Made by a program: the position numbers and the translations under genes. From contig CAKQKH010000006.1 in the NCBI GenBank assembly GCA_934248075.1, positions 13,474 to 77,473 of the forward strand: a DNA stretch of 64,000 nt, given 5' to 3'. The DNA is from an uncultured Alphaproteobacteria bacterium (GTDB lineage Bacteria; Pseudomonadota; Alphaproteobacteria; RF32; CAG-239). The notes beneath the pieces are model-generated. The model was not told where the DNA came from and ran no database searches. It saw only the letters and a list, made by a program, of their open reading frames with translations. This document shows positions 36,904 through 46,661 of the stretch, piece by piece (position 1 is the first letter of the stretch; each line of letters starts with the position of its first letter).

Positions 36904-37989
36904 ATGAATACAAAGACTAAAAAAAGACTGGGAATCCTTACCAGCGGCGGCGATTGCGCCGGCCTAAATGCGGTTATCAGCGCAGTTGTGGAAGCCGCTT
37001 CCGAAAAAGGTTGGGAGGTGTATGGTATTCACAATGGTACTGATGGCATCACCAATTTGCCGCATAGTTATGAGATTCTGACCACCCATAATTTCTCCGA
37101 TTCCCCCTGGCCGAGACTGAGCGGTTCTTATTTAGGATCGTTGAACAAAGGCGTTAAGATGGAATCTTTGGAAGAAATGTCCAAAAAATTCTCTGTCGGT
37201 GTCAAAGATTTGGAGCTTGACGCCATTATCGTTGTTGGCGGCGACGGCAGTATGAACATTGTTTCCAACTACTGCAAAGGCAGCAATGTGCGGGTTATCG
37301 GCATTCCCAAGACCATTGACAATGATACTCCGGTAACCGAGTTTTCGGTTGGTTTTCAGTCCGCGGTTCAGGTTTGCACCTCTGCGATTGACAGTTTGGA
37401 GCTGACCGCGCGTTCTCATAACCGCGCTCTGATTATGGAAGTTATGGGGCGTGATGCCGGACACTTGGCCATGCATTCGGCCATTGCCGGACAAGCCGAC
37501 GTTTGCTTGGTGCCTGAAATTCCCTACACCATTGACGGCGTGGTCAACAAACTTAAGGCCATTAAGGCTAGCGGCCGCAACCATGCTGTTATTGTTGTGT
37601 CAGAAGGTATTAAGACTGAAGACGGCAGCCACATCAGCAGCAAAAAGAATTTGGTTGGCGAGGCGGTTTATGGCGGTATCGGCCAATACCTCTGCTCTGA
37701 AATCAGCAGCCGTTACAATGAATTTCAGGTACGCGTGACCACTCTTGGCCATATTCAGCGCTCGGGTGTGCCGGTAGCGTTTGACCGCCTGTTGGCCGCC
37801 CTATATGGCGCCAAAGCGGTTGAACTGTTGGAAAACGGTGATAACAACAAAATGGTAATCTGGAAAAATGGTAAAGTTGATGCCGTTTCTTTGACCGAGG
37901 TTGTTCGCACCGGAACCACCTTGCTCAACACCAACAGCGACCATGTTAAAGCCGCCAAAGCTTTAGGTATGTATATCGGCAAAATTTAA
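36904..37989 (+). CDS. 6-phosphofructokinase (PfkA family); ATP versus PPi donor not resolvable by eye
   Basis: 361 aa with GILTSGGDCAGLNAVI, VVGGDGSMNI (the Gly is typical of ATP-type enzymes) and GIPKTIDND (the Lys is typical of PPi-type or clade-B enzymes). Confidence 0.9.
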   Translation: MNTKTKKRLGILTSGGDCAGLNAVISAVVEAASEKGWEVYGIHNGTDGITNLPHSYEILTTHNFSDSPWPRLSGSYLGSLNKGVKMESLEEMSKKFSVGVKDLELDAIIVVGGDGSMNIVSNYCKGSNVRVIGIPKTIDNDTPVTEFSVGFQSAVQVCTSAIDSLELTARSHNRALIMEVMGRDAGHLAMHSAIAGQADVCLVPEIPYTIDGVVNKLKAIKASGRNHAVIVVSEGIKTEDGSHISSKKNLVGEAVYGGIGQYLCSEISSRYNEFQVRVTTLGHIQRSGVPVAFDRLLAALYGAKAVELLENGDNNKMVIWKNGKVDAVSLTEVVRTGTTLLNTNSDHVKAAKALGMYIGKI

Positions 37990-38003
37990 TTGCCAATAAA
38001 CCC

Positions 38004-38036
38004 AAAAAAGCCTCGTTACAAACGAGGCTTTTTTTG
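38004..38036 (+). terminator. rho-independent terminator of the phosphofructokinase gene
   Basis: agcctcgtt aca aacgaggct followed by T7. Confidence 0.85.
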
Positions 38037-38053
38037 TTACCTACAAACAAAAA

Positions 38054-38077
38054 GAAGTTTGGAGAATAGTACAGATA
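38054..38077 (+). other. outer boundaries marker: see repeat E3 entry (38054..38177)
   Basis: Placeholder that corrects the span. The 5' outer stem gaagtt starts at 38054 and the full element ends at 38177. Use the next entry. Confidence 0.1.
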
Positions 38078-38177
38078 GAGTGATTTGAAAGGCGGAAGTA
38101 CCGGAGCGTACAAAACAGTACGTGAGGACACTTCCGACCTGCACAAATCGCCCTAGATGTGCTATTATACGAACTTC
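38054..38177 (+). repeat. structured palindromic repeat, copy E3
   Basis: Outer stem gaagtt/aacttc (38054-59 and 38172-77). Arms are ggagaatagtacagatagagtgattt / aaatcgccctagatgtgctattatac. Inner stem cggaagt/acttccg. Core cgtac-aaaaca-gtacg. The element ends one base before the acrB-like stop codon. Confidence 0.85.
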
Positions 38178-41100
38178 CTAACGTTTTTTATTAATCAGAG
38201 CAAACATCATCGGCACAAACAACGTCGCCACAAATGTCGATAATATCATACCGCCGATCATACCTGTACCAATGGCATGACGGGAGTTGGCGCCGGCGCC
38301 GGTTGAGATTGCCAATGGCAGCACACCGAAGGTAAAGGCCAAAGAAGTCATCACAATCGGACGAAAACGCAGTCTGGCGGCCTCAATAGCGGCATCAGCG
38401 GCCGAAAGCCCCTCTTCCATTTTCATCACCGCAAATTCCACAATCAAAATGGCATTTTTGGCGGCCAAACCAATTAGGGTGACCAACCCGACCTGAAAAT
38501 ACAAATCATTTTCCAAGCCGCGCATCCAAATTGCCAGCAAAGCGCCCAATACGGCAAACGGCACCGACAAAATAACCACAATCGGCAAAGACCATTTTTC
38601 GTATTGCGCCGCCAAAATCAGGAAAATCATAATCAAACCAAATATAAAGGCCTGAGATGAAGCGCCACCGGCCAATTTTTCCTGATAAGCCGAACCAATC
38701 CAGGACAAACTGTAATCTGCGCCCAAAACTTTGGCCGCAACCTCCTCCATGGCGGCAATAGCCTGACCGGAAGAATACCCCGGAGCCGGATCACCCAAAA
38801 CTTTGGCTGCCGGAAAGATATTAAAACGGTTAATCAATTCCGGACCGGTTACACGCTCCACCGTAATCAGAGTCGAGAGCGGTACCAACTCGCCGCTGTT
38901 AGATTTTACATATACATAGCGCAAATCGTCGGGCGTGCGACGGAATCTGGACTCTGACTGCAGAGTAACCCTAAAGTTGCGTCCCATATAAGTAAAATCA
39001 TTGACATAAAGACTGCCGAAAGTTGACTGCATAACCGCATAGATTGAGTTAATCGGCACATTCAGCGCTCTTGCCTTTTCGCGATCCAGATCGATTCGAT
39101 ATTGCGGAGTGTTAACCGCAAAAGTAGTTTTTACATTAGCCAAAGCCGGATGTTGCAAAGCCGCATTGACAAACTCTGTGGTCTTGGCCATAAGTTCTGC
39201 CGGAGTTTTACCGGCGCGATTTTGAATATACCCTTCAAAACCACCGGTAGTACTCATACCCATAATCGGCGGCATACTAAAAGCAAACCCGATTCCCTCG
39301 GTCTGGCTCATACCCATGCCGGTAAACACTTGCGCCAGCACATCTGCGCTTTGCGAGGCTTTTTTACGCTCAGCCCAGTCTTTAAGGATAATAAAGCTAA
39401 TGCCTGAATAGGTGTTTTGCGTGGAGGACAGCATATTAAAACCATCAATTGTCAAAACATCGGTAACATTAGGATCATTTTGCACCATGCTGGCAATTTT
39501 ATCAGTAAACTCCACTGTGCGCGGCAAAGACGACGCCGGCGGCATACTGTATGACATCAACAAATTACCTTGATCTTCATTAGGAACCAAACCGCCCGGA
39601 ATCGTTCTAAACAACAACAAAATCGCGACCACCACCGCCGCAAATCCGCTCATTGCCACAGCTTTATGATTGATAAAAAACCGCACGCCGGCAACATACC
39701 AATCCGTAGCTTTGTCAAAGAAAGTATTAAACCACTTAAAGAAACCTTTTGGTTCCTTATGCTCGGCATTGGGCTTGATAATAAGCGCGCACAAAGCCGG
39801 AGTAAGCGTCAGCGCCACAAACGCCGAAATCAGCACCGATATGGCGATAGTAACCGAAAATTGCTTATACATCACGCCGGTCATGCCGCCCAAGAAAGCA
39901 ATCGGCAAAAACACTGATGACAACACCAAAGCAACAGCCACCACCGGACCGGAAACTTCCATCATGGCCTTGATTGCGGCCTCTCGAGGTGAAAGCTTTT
40001 CCTCACTCATCAGGCGCTCTACGTTCTCCAACACAATGATAGCGTCATCAACCACAATACCAATTGCCAGAATCAAACCGAACAAAGTCAGCAAATTGAT
40101 TGAAAATCCCAACAAATACATACCGACAAAAGCGCCGATAATCGAAACCGGCACCGCCAAAATCGGGATCAAAGTCGCCCGCAAATTTTGCAAAAACAGA
40201 TACACTACCAAAATAACCAGCAGCACCGCCTCAAAGAAAGTATGAATCACTTCTTCAATCGATATATTTACAAACAGCGTCGTGTCATAAGGAATTTCAT
40301 AGACCAAACCGTCAGGGAAGTTTTGCGACAATTCCTGCATTTTATTTTTTACCAGCTCGGCAGTTTCCAGCGCGTTTGCCCCCGGTTGCAAATATATGGC
40401 AAATGCCACCGCATCTTCGCCGTTAAATTTGGATTTAACACTGTAATCCTGCGCGCCCAGCTCGATTCTGGCAACATCTTTCAAACGCAGCATTGCCCCC
40501 GAACTATCGGCCGAAAGAATGATATTGCCAAATTCTTCGGCATTAATCAAACGCCCCTTGGTATTAACCGAATAGGTATAAGCGACTTTTTCGTCCATTG
40601 GCTCGTTGCCAAACTGTCCGGCCGCAAATTGTGAATTTTGCTCTTGCACCGCCGAAATCACGTCTTGCGGCGTGAGATTATACTCGGCCAGCTTATCCGG
40701 CGACAGCCAGATACGCATAGAATAGTCCTGACTGGCAAACAATGACGCGCTGCCCACACCCTTTATCCGGCGAACTTCATCTAAAACATTAAGCAATGCG
40801 TAGTTAGACACATAAATTGTATCATACAGCTGGCTGGTTGAGCGCATGGTTACCACTTGCAAAATTGAGTTGGATTTCTGCTCCACCGTTACGCCCTGCT
40901 TGGTAACCTCGGCCGGCAGTTTGGAGGTTGCCGCCTGCACTTTATTGTTAACATCAATCGTCGCCTGATCAGGATCCGTGCCAATCTCAAACACCACGCC
41001 AATCGTCAGATATCCTTGCGAGGTGGCGTTTGAATACATATAAATCATGTCTTTTACGCCATTGATTTCCTGCTCCAACGGCGCGGCGACCGTATCAGCC

Positions 41101-41273
41101 AAAACCTCTGCCGTAGCACCGGGATAAACCGCCGAAATCTGAATCTCGGTCGGCACAATATTTGGATATTGCTCCACCGGCAGAACTTTCATTGAAACCA
41201 GACCGGCCAAAACAATAACCAATGAAATCACTGTCGCAAAGATCGGCCTGCCAATAAAAAACTTAGAAAACAT
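38178..41273 (-). CDS. RND multidrug efflux permease (AcrB/HAE1 family)
   Basis: 1031 aa. N-terminus [25 protein letters not shown], 12-TM RND architecture and [14 protein letters not shown]. Confidence 0.95.
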   Translation of the reverse strand: MFSKFFIGRPIFATVISLVIVLAGLVSMKVLPVEQYPNIVPTEIQISAVYPGATAEVLADTVAAPLEQEINGVKDMIYMYSNATSQGYLTIGVVFEIGTDPDQATIDVNNKVQAATSKLPAEVTKQGVTVEQKSNSILQVVTMRSTSQLYDTIYVSNYALLNVLDEVRRIKGVGSASLFASQDYSMRIWLSPDKLAEYNLTPQDVISAVQEQNSQFAAGQFGNEPMDEKVAYTYSVNTKGRLINAEEFGNIILSADSSGAMLRLKDVARIELGAQDYSVKSKFNGEDAVAFAIYLQPGANALETAELVKNKMQELSQNFPDGLVYEIPYDTTLFVNISIEEVIHTFFEAVLLVILVVYLFLQNLRATLIPILAVPVSIIGAFVGMYLLGFSINLLTLFGLILAIGIVVDDAIIVLENVERLMSEEKLSPREAAIKAMMEVSGPVVAVALVLSSVFLPIAFLGGMTGVMYKQFSVTIAISVLISAFVALTLTPALCALIIKPNAEHKEPKGFFKWFNTFFDKATDWYVAGVRFFINHKAVAMSGFAAVVVAILLLFRTIPGGLVPNEDQGNLLMSYSMPPASSLPRTVEFTDKIASMVQNDPNVTDVLTIDGFNMLSSTQNTYSGISFIILKDWAERKKASQSADVLAQVFTGMGMSQTEGIGFAFSMPPIMGMSTTGGFEGYIQNRAGKTPAELMAKTTEFVNAALQHPALANVKTTFAVNTPQYRIDLDREKARALNVPINSIYAVMQSTFGSLYVNDFTYMGRNFRVTLQSESRFRRTPDDLRYVYVKSNSGELVPLSTLITVERVTGPELINRFNIFPAAKVLGDPAPGYSSGQAIAAMEEVAAKVLGADYSLSWIGSAYQEKLAGGASSQAFIFGLIMIFLILAAQYEKWSLPIVVILSVPFAVLGALLAIWMRGLENDLYFQVGLVTLIGLAAKNAILIVEFAVMKMEEGLSAADAAIEAARLRFRPIVMTSLAFTFGVLPLAISTGAGANSRHAIGTGMIGGMILSTFVATLFVPMMFALINKKR

Positions 41274-41284
41274 TGTTTATATCC

Positions 41285-42424
41285 TTATTTTTCGTTACCC
41301 TGCTCAATTACCGGATTAACCTTAACCCCCGGACGCAGTTTCATCAAATCACCGATAACCACCTTATCGCCGGCCTTAAGCCCGTCATCAATAATCCAGC
41401 CGTTGTCTTTGGTCATAACTCCGGTGCGCACATTAACCATTTCCACCGTATCATCAGCTTTAACCCGATATACAAATGAACCGCTTGCGCCCTGCATAAC
41501 CGCAGACTGAGGCACAACCAATGCATCTATGCGGGTCAACCCTTCCAATACCAAGCGCAAAAACTGCCCCGGCCGCAGGCGTTTTTCCGGATTGGGGAAT
41601 ACCGCGCGCAACTTCAAAGTACCGGTTTTTTCATCAATGCTTGGATTAACAAAGTTGATTTGCCCGTCCAGCGGATAAAGCTCGTCATTGCCGGTTTTTA
41701 CTTTGGCGGTAACCTCGCTTTTGTTTTGCGGATTGCGCACCAAACCCCGATCGATCATATTAGCCAAAGAAGATATATCGCTCTCTGAGGCCGAGAATAT
41801 AACATAAATCGGATCAAGCTGAGTGATACTGGTCAGCAAACCATTAGCCGAAATCAGACTTCCCTCTGACTGCGCCTCCAAACTGGTAATTCCGCTGATT
41901 GGAGCTTTTACGGTCGTGTAGTCCAGATTGAGCTGGGCAGAATCAACTTCCGCTTTGGCCATAGCATTGGCTGCCCGCAAAGAATCCAGATTAGCTCTGG
42001 CTTCATCGCGATTTTTTTCACTAACAACTCTTTCGGCAAAAAGTTTATCAATCCGTTTCCACTGGGTTTCAGCCGCCGAAAGTTTGGCCTGATTTTGCGC
42101 TAACTTGGCTTTAGCTTGCGCCAACGCAACCTCAAACGGCGCCGGATCTATCTGGAACAAAACCTGTCCGTCCTCGACCTGCGAACCCTCAACATAGTTG
42201 CGTTTGAGCAAAATTCCGCCCACTCTGGCGCGAACCTCGGTTTCTTTGGAGCCTTGCGCGCGAGCAGAAAACTCAAAACTCAGCGGGATATCCCGCGGTT
42301 GCAAAACACTAACCTCAACATTGGGGACTTGCGCGGTTTTTTGTTTATTGTCCTTGTTTTCAAAACATCCGCCCAAGATTGCCACCGCCGCCACAACCAG
42401 CATTGTTTTCTTTATGACTATCAT
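41285..42424 (-). CDS. RND efflux periplasmic adaptor (membrane fusion protein, AcrA family), lipoprotein
   Basis: 379 aa with lipobox ILGGC plus coiled-coil and beta-barrel MFP blocks. It sits 11 nt upstream of the permease gene. Confidence 0.9.
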   Translation of the reverse strand: MIVIKKTMLVVAAVAILGGCFENKDNKQKTAQVPNVEVSVLQPRDIPLSFEFSARAQGSKETEVRARVGGILLKRNYVEGSQVEDGQVLFQIDPAPFEVALAQAKAKLAQNQAKLSAAETQWKRIDKLFAERVVSEKNRDEARANLDSLRAANAMAKAEVDSAQLNLDYTTVKAPISGITSLEAQSEGSLISANGLLTSITQLDPIYVIFSASESDISSLANMIDRGLVRNPQNKSEVTAKVKTGNDELYPLDGQINFVNPSIDEKTGTLKLRAVFPNPEKRLRPGQFLRLVLEGLTRIDALVVPQSAVMQGASGSFVYRVKADDTVEMVNVRTGVMTKDNGWIIDDGLKAGDKVVIGDLMKLRPGVKVNPVIEQGNEK

Positions 42425-42631
42425 CTTATAAACCTCTCATCTTTTAATAAAATCTTTTACTAAAGCGTACAATAATTTAGCTAATTTTCCAGCGTTTTTT
42501 AAGACTGTGGATATATCAAAATCACTTTCCACTCCGTAAGTTTTATTGAAAAAGCACCATCACTGATTAGTTATACGGACAGTTGACTACATTGGCGGAC
42601 TTTGCGTTAACTTATTTTTAGGAGATAAAAT

Positions 42632-43216
42632 ATGACTGAAGGCGTTCGTTTTCCGACTTTTGCGTTTATTACCGGCGGTGCCGGACAAGCTGATGACGGT
42701 ATTCCGCCGCAACCATTTGAGACCTTTTGTTACGACTCGGCTCTCATGCAGGCCAAAATAGAGAATTTTAACGTTGTTCCCTACACCTCGGTTCTGCCCA
42801 AAGAGCTGCATGGCAAAATTCTGCCGCTTAATGACAAAATCGTCAGCCAGTTTAAGCATGGCGCTGTTTTGGAGGTGATTATGGCCGGACACGGCGCTAA
42901 TCGTGATCAGCACAAAGCCATTGCCACCGGCCTCGGCGTTTGCTGGGGCAAAGACAAAAAAGGCGAGCTTATCGGCGGTTGGGCTGCTGAATACGTGGAG
43001 TTTTTTGATACCTATATTGATGATGAAATTGCCAAAGGTCACGCCGAAATGTGGCTAAACAAATCTTTGAATCATGAGCTGGCCATTCGCGATGTTGAAA
43101 AACATTCAGAATTTCAAATGTGGCACAATTATATCAACATCACCCAACAATTTGGCTACTCTCTAACCGCCATGGGATTCTTAAACTTTGAACACGCCGC
43201 TCCGGCGCAAGCATAA
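42632..43216 (+). CDS. aaxB: pyruvoyl-dependent arginine decarboxylase, chlamydial AaxB type
   Basis: 194 aa. The blocks [81 protein letters not shown] are near-collinear with chlamydial AaxB as I recall it. They include the Thr52-Ser53 self-cleavage site. Confidence 0.9.
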   Translation: MTEGVRFPTFAFITGGAGQADDGIPPQPFETFCYDSALMQAKIENFNVVPYTSVLPKELHGKILPLNDKIVSQFKHGAVLEVIMAGHGANRDQHKAIATGLGVCWGKDKKGELIGGWAAEYVEFFDTYIDDEIAKGHAEMWLNKSLNHELAIRDVEKHSEFQMWHNYINITQQFGYSLTAMGFLNFEHAAPAQA

Positions 43217-43289
43217 AATCTGGCCGATATCCCCAAAGCAACGCTTATTGTTTTGGGGATATTTTGCCGCAACAAAAGGAATGTAGATT

Positions 43290-44768
43290 ATGAAAACTCC
43301 CAAATTATCCTCTACTCCGGCAGCCGCCGGCAACGCAAATGGGCTTGGAGTTTTGGCGCTGGCGGCAATTGTTGTCAGCTCCATGCTGGGCGGCGGCATT
43401 TACAGCCTGCCGCAAAATATGGCTGCCGGAGCTTCTGCCGGTGCCGTCATGTTGGCCTGGCTGATAACCGGTTTTGGCATTTTCTTTATTGCCCGTACTT
43501 TTTCTATTCTTTCTTTGGCCAAGCCGGATCTCAAAACCGGAATTTATTCTTACAGCCGCGCCGGATTCGGCCCCTATGCCGGCTTTACCATCGGCTGGTC
43601 TTATTGGTTGTGTCAGGTTTGCGGCAACGTCGGTTATGCCGTCATCACCATGGACGCCTTAAATTACTTCTTTCCGCCCCATTTTGCCGGAGGCAACAAT
43701 CTCGCCTCGATCATCGGCGGTTCGCTGATTATCTGGGGTTTTAACTATCTGGTTTTACGCGGAGTCAAACAAGCCAGCATTGTCAACACCATCGGCACCG
43801 TCATCAAGATTGTGCCGCTTGTCTTGTTTATTCTGATAATGCTGTTTATGTTTCATTATTCCAAATTTGACTTTGACTTCTGGGGAGAGGCCGTTGCCAC
43901 CAAAATCAAACTCGGCGGACTTGGCGCCCAAATCAAAAGCACCATGCTGGTTACACTTTGGGCCTTTATTGGCATTGAGGGCGCCGTGGTTATGTCTAAC
44001 CGCGCCAAAAGCCCGCAAGACGTAGGTTCCGCCACTATTCTTGGTTTTATCGGCTGTTGGATTATTTATGTTCTTCTCTCTCTGTTGCCGTTTGGATATA
44101 TGACTCAAGAACAACTGGCCGCTATTGCCAACCCCTCGACTGCCGGAATATTAGAGCAGGCTATCGGCCGCCCCGGAGCTTGGCTGATGAATATCGGCCT
44201 TTTGGTTTCGGTACTCACCAGCTGGTTGGCCTGGACCATGGTTACCGCCGAGATTCCGCAGGCAGCAGCTCAAGACGGAACTTTTCCTAAAATATTCACC
44301 ACCGAAAACCAAAATGGCTCTCCTTCGGTGTCGCTGATTGTGACCAGCGTCGCCATGCAGCTGTTTTTGCTGTTGGTATATTTTTCCAACAACGCCTGGA
44401 ACACCATGTTGTCGATTACCAGCGTTATGGTTTTGCCGGCTTATTTTACCTCTTGCGCTTATCTCTGGAAATTGTGCGAAGACGGCGAATTTCCCAACAA
44501 TCTGATCTTTAGGCGCGCCGGTTCTCTCATAACCTCAATCATCGGCGCGGCTTATGCCCTGTGGCTGATTTACGCCGCCGGCTTAAATTATCTGCTTATG
44601 GCTGTGGTTATCATCGCTTTGGGTATTCCGGTGTTTGTCTGGGCGCGCAAACAAAATCACCCCGAGGCTCCCGCTTTTAGTCCTCGCGAATGTTTTGGCG
44701 CTGTGGTTTTAATATTGGTGGCATTGTTCGCAATCTACGCCTTTGTCCGCGGAATTATCAGCCTTTAA
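43290..44768 (+). CDS. aaxC: arginine:agmatine (ArcD/AaxC-type, APC superfamily) antiporter
   Basis: 492 aa, 12-13 TM. VVSSMLGGGIYSLPQNMAAGASAGAV..YSYSRAGFGPYAGF..LVLRGVKQASIVNT matches the ArcD family N-terminal blocks. A terminator follows. Confidence 0.85.
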   Translation: MKTPKLSSTPAAAGNANGLGVLALAAIVVSSMLGGGIYSLPQNMAAGASAGAVMLAWLITGFGIFFIARTFSILSLAKPDLKTGIYSYSRAGFGPYAGFTIGWSYWLCQVCGNVGYAVITMDALNYFFPPHFAGGNNLASIIGGSLIIWGFNYLVLRGVKQASIVNTIGTVIKIVPLVLFILIMLFMFHYSKFDFDFWGEAVATKIKLGGLGAQIKSTMLVTLWAFIGIEGAVVMSNRAKSPQDVGSATILGFIGCWIIYVLLSLLPFGYMTQEQLAAIANPSTAGILEQAIGRPGAWLMNIGLLVSVLTSWLAWTMVTAEIPQAAAQDGTFPKIFTTENQNGSPSVSLIVTSVAMQLFLLLVYFSNNAWNTMLSITSVMVLPAYFTSCAYLWKLCEDGEFPNNLIFRRAGSLITSIIGAAYALWLIYAAGLNYLLMAVVIIALGIPVFVWARKQNHPEAPAFSPRECFGAVVLILVALFAIYAFVRGIISL

Positions 44769-44777
44769 GCTGAACCT

Positions 44778-44811
44778 GACCCTCTTGGTATTGCCTGAGA
44801 GGGTCTTTTTG
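44778..44811 (+). terminator. rho-independent terminator of aaxC
   Basis: gaccctct ... agagggtc followed by T5. Confidence 0.75.
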
Positions 44812-44913
44812 TCAATTTTGTGCAAAAAACTTCTTGCCATAAAGACAAAAATATGTTAAAAAGTAAATAATCAATTATAAAATATAAATTATTAACTATA
44901 AAAAACAAATAAA

Positions 44914-45327
44914 ATGAAAAAATTTTTTCAAATCGTGGTCTATGCGACCATTTTAATTTCTGTTATCTTTATGGCTACATCAGTGATCATGCACACAACA
45001 AAGTTTAAACTGTTGGTGCAGATTGCCCTACTGATAGCTGGCGCTTTCGGCGGTCTTTATGGTTTGATACGATGCGTTGTCATCAAAGCCGAGAAAATCA
45101 GAAAGGGTTCAAACAACACCCCCATTTGGGCATGCTTGGGCTTTTTCTTGATTGAAATTGCTTTAACAGCGGGGTGCATATACCTGATATTCCATATCTG
45201 GAGTGTTCGTGATATATTAAACGCCGAACTGGCAACCCTCCTTTCTGGAGCTATTGTCTATGAGCTTACGCATCGCAGGAAGCCAGCAAAGAAACAACCC
45301 GCGCCGGAAAACCAACAACAGGCGTAG
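44914..45327 (+). CDS. small membrane protein (137 aa, 4 TM), orphan
   Basis: Hydrophobic ORF with a basic Pro/Gln-rich tail. The upstream region is AT-rich and a bidirectional terminator lies downstream. Confidence 0.5.
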   Translation: MKKFFQIVVYATILISVIFMATSVIMHTTKFKLLVQIALLIAGAFGGLYGLIRCVVIKAEKIRKGSNNTPIWACLGFFLIEIALTAGCIYLIFHIWSVRDILNAELATLLSGAIVYELTHRRKPAKKQPAPENQQQA

Positions 45328-45333
45328 ATGAAT

Positions 45334-45371
45334 CAAAAAAAGAGGCTCTTTGGACAAGAACCTCTTTTTTT
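45334..45371. terminator. bidirectional terminator between two convergent orphan genes
   Basis: A7, 11-bp stem aagaggctctt / aagaacctctt (one mismatch), T8. Confidence 0.75.
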
Positions 45372-45382
45372 GTTGCTCATTT

Positions 45383-45868
45383 TCATTCGACTATCAGATA
45401 ATCAGCATCAAGATTGCGGAATTTCCGCTCATGCAAACGCTGAATCAGCGGCTGAAAACGTTCTCGTGAAACCAGCAGACAACGACCGCTGTAAACGATC
45501 CTCGGCGGACAAAGTTCCTGCGCAATCTGCTTAATCACATCTCGCAAAGGACTACCGCCAATTGAGCGAACATTAGCGGCCAAACCCGATTTTTTAACAT
45601 TATCCGCCAGAAAATCAGAAACATGTTTGTCTTCAGCCAGTGCCATAACCAGCAACATATCTCTCACACTGTTTATATGTCTGGTTGGCCCCCACTGACC
45701 ATACAACAAGTTCATGCTTTGCCACACGCAATAGCTATCCAGCAAAGTCCGCAAAACATCGCCGCAAATAATAACATGATCATAGTTTTCTATGTCCTGA
45801 ATGCCATTTGCTCCCCTGACCTTGTCAGAAAAACTGGCGGCATCATACCGATAAATTTTTTCATTCAT
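45383..45868 (-). CDS. hypothetical cytoplasmic protein (161 aa), no family recognised
   Basis: Clean ORF with an ATG start, no TM segment, and a terminator downstream. Confidence 0.55.
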   Translation of the reverse strand: MNEKIYRYDAASFSDKVRGANGIQDIENYDHVIICGDVLRTLLDSYCVWQSMNLLYGQWGPTRHINSVRDMLLVMALAEDKHVSDFLADNVKKSGLAANVRSIGGSPLRDVIKQIAQELCPPRIVYSGRCLLVSRERFQPLIQRLHERKFRNLDADYLIVE

Positions 45869-45959
45869 AATATGCTAATTAGAAATACTAATTTCGGAAT
45901 AACATCTATTATCCCAAATTGCAAGCGATTTTAGACAAAATTTTATTATATATCTCTTG

Positions 45960-46031
45960 CGAAGGTGGAGAATGGTATAGATTTTCCGAGACCGAACCAA
46001 ATGCCTCTAGATGTGCTGTTATACACCTTCG
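45960..46031 (+). repeat. structured palindromic repeat, copy E4 (internally deleted derivative)
   Basis: Perfect outer stem cgaaggtg/caccttcg. It keeps the first ~20 nt of the 5' arm (ggagaatggtataga), then jumps to the 3' half ttttccgagaccgaaccaaatgcctctagatgtgctgttatac. That half matches E2 positions 9967-10009. Confidence 0.8.
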
Positions 46032-46041
46032 GTACTTATAG

Positions 46042-46557
46042 CTACCAGATATTATAATGAATTTTACCTTCATCAAACCGATTCTTCGGCTGGGCCGGTG
46101 CTTGGGACGGATAACCGGCAACAATCAAAGCCAAGGGCTTAATGTTGGCTGGCAAACCTAACAAATCTTGAAATTGTTTCATTCGGTCGGCATAAGGATA
46201 GATGGCGCACCAGCAACCGCCCAACCCGCGCCCGTGTAATGCCAAGAGCAGATTTTCGGTAGCGGCAGAACAATCAATCGGCCAAAAGCCCTTGTCGCAT
46301 TCTTTGTTTTCATCGCCGCAAACCACTATGGCCGCGGAGGCATCTTTCAAAAACGAAGCGTGTGGATGAATATTTACAATATCCGCCTTAAGTCTGGCGT
46401 CATCAACCACAACAAATTCCCAGGGCTGTTTGTTGCAGCCGGAAGGGGCGTACATCGCAATTTTTAAGACATCTTCCATATCTTGTTTGCTAATGATTTT
46501 GTTTGGCTCAAACTGGCGCACCGAGCGTCTGGTAAGTAATCCCGCTTCTAAAAACAT
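46042..46557 (-). CDS. nitroreductase family protein
   Basis: Start MFLEAGLLTRRSVRQF at 46557 with an AAGGAG RBS. The blocks are RRSVRQF, APSGCNKQPWEF and ENLLLALHGRGLG. The track ORF start at 46644 runs into the atpC terminator. Confidence 0.85.
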   Translation of the reverse strand: MFLEAGLLTRRSVRQFEPNKIISKQDMEDVLKIAMYAPSGCNKQPWEFVVVDDARLKADIVNIHPHASFLKDASAAIVVCGDENKECDKGFWPIDCSAATENLLLALHGRGLGGCWCAIYPYADRMKQFQDLLGLPANIKPLALIVAGYPSQAPAQPKNRFDEGKIHYNIW

Positions 46558-46625
46558 TGCTTTCTCCTTGATAAAATTTATATATGTTAGATAGGGCTGA
46601 AATTGCTGACTTGCAAGAGCCGTTA

Positions 46626-46661
46626 TAAAAAAATAACACCGCACGAGGCGGTGTTGTTTTT
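46626..46661 (-). terminator. terminator of the atpHAGDC operon
   Basis: aacaccgc acgag gcggtgtt flanked by an A-run and a T-run, immediately after the atpC stop. Confidence 0.8.

Noticed and set aside
36904-37989. Calling the phosphofructokinase PPi-dependent.
   Set aside because: The two classical discriminator positions disagree. GGDGS points to an ATP-type enzyme and PKTIDND points to a PPi-type or clade-B enzyme. The donor cannot be assigned from sequence by eye.
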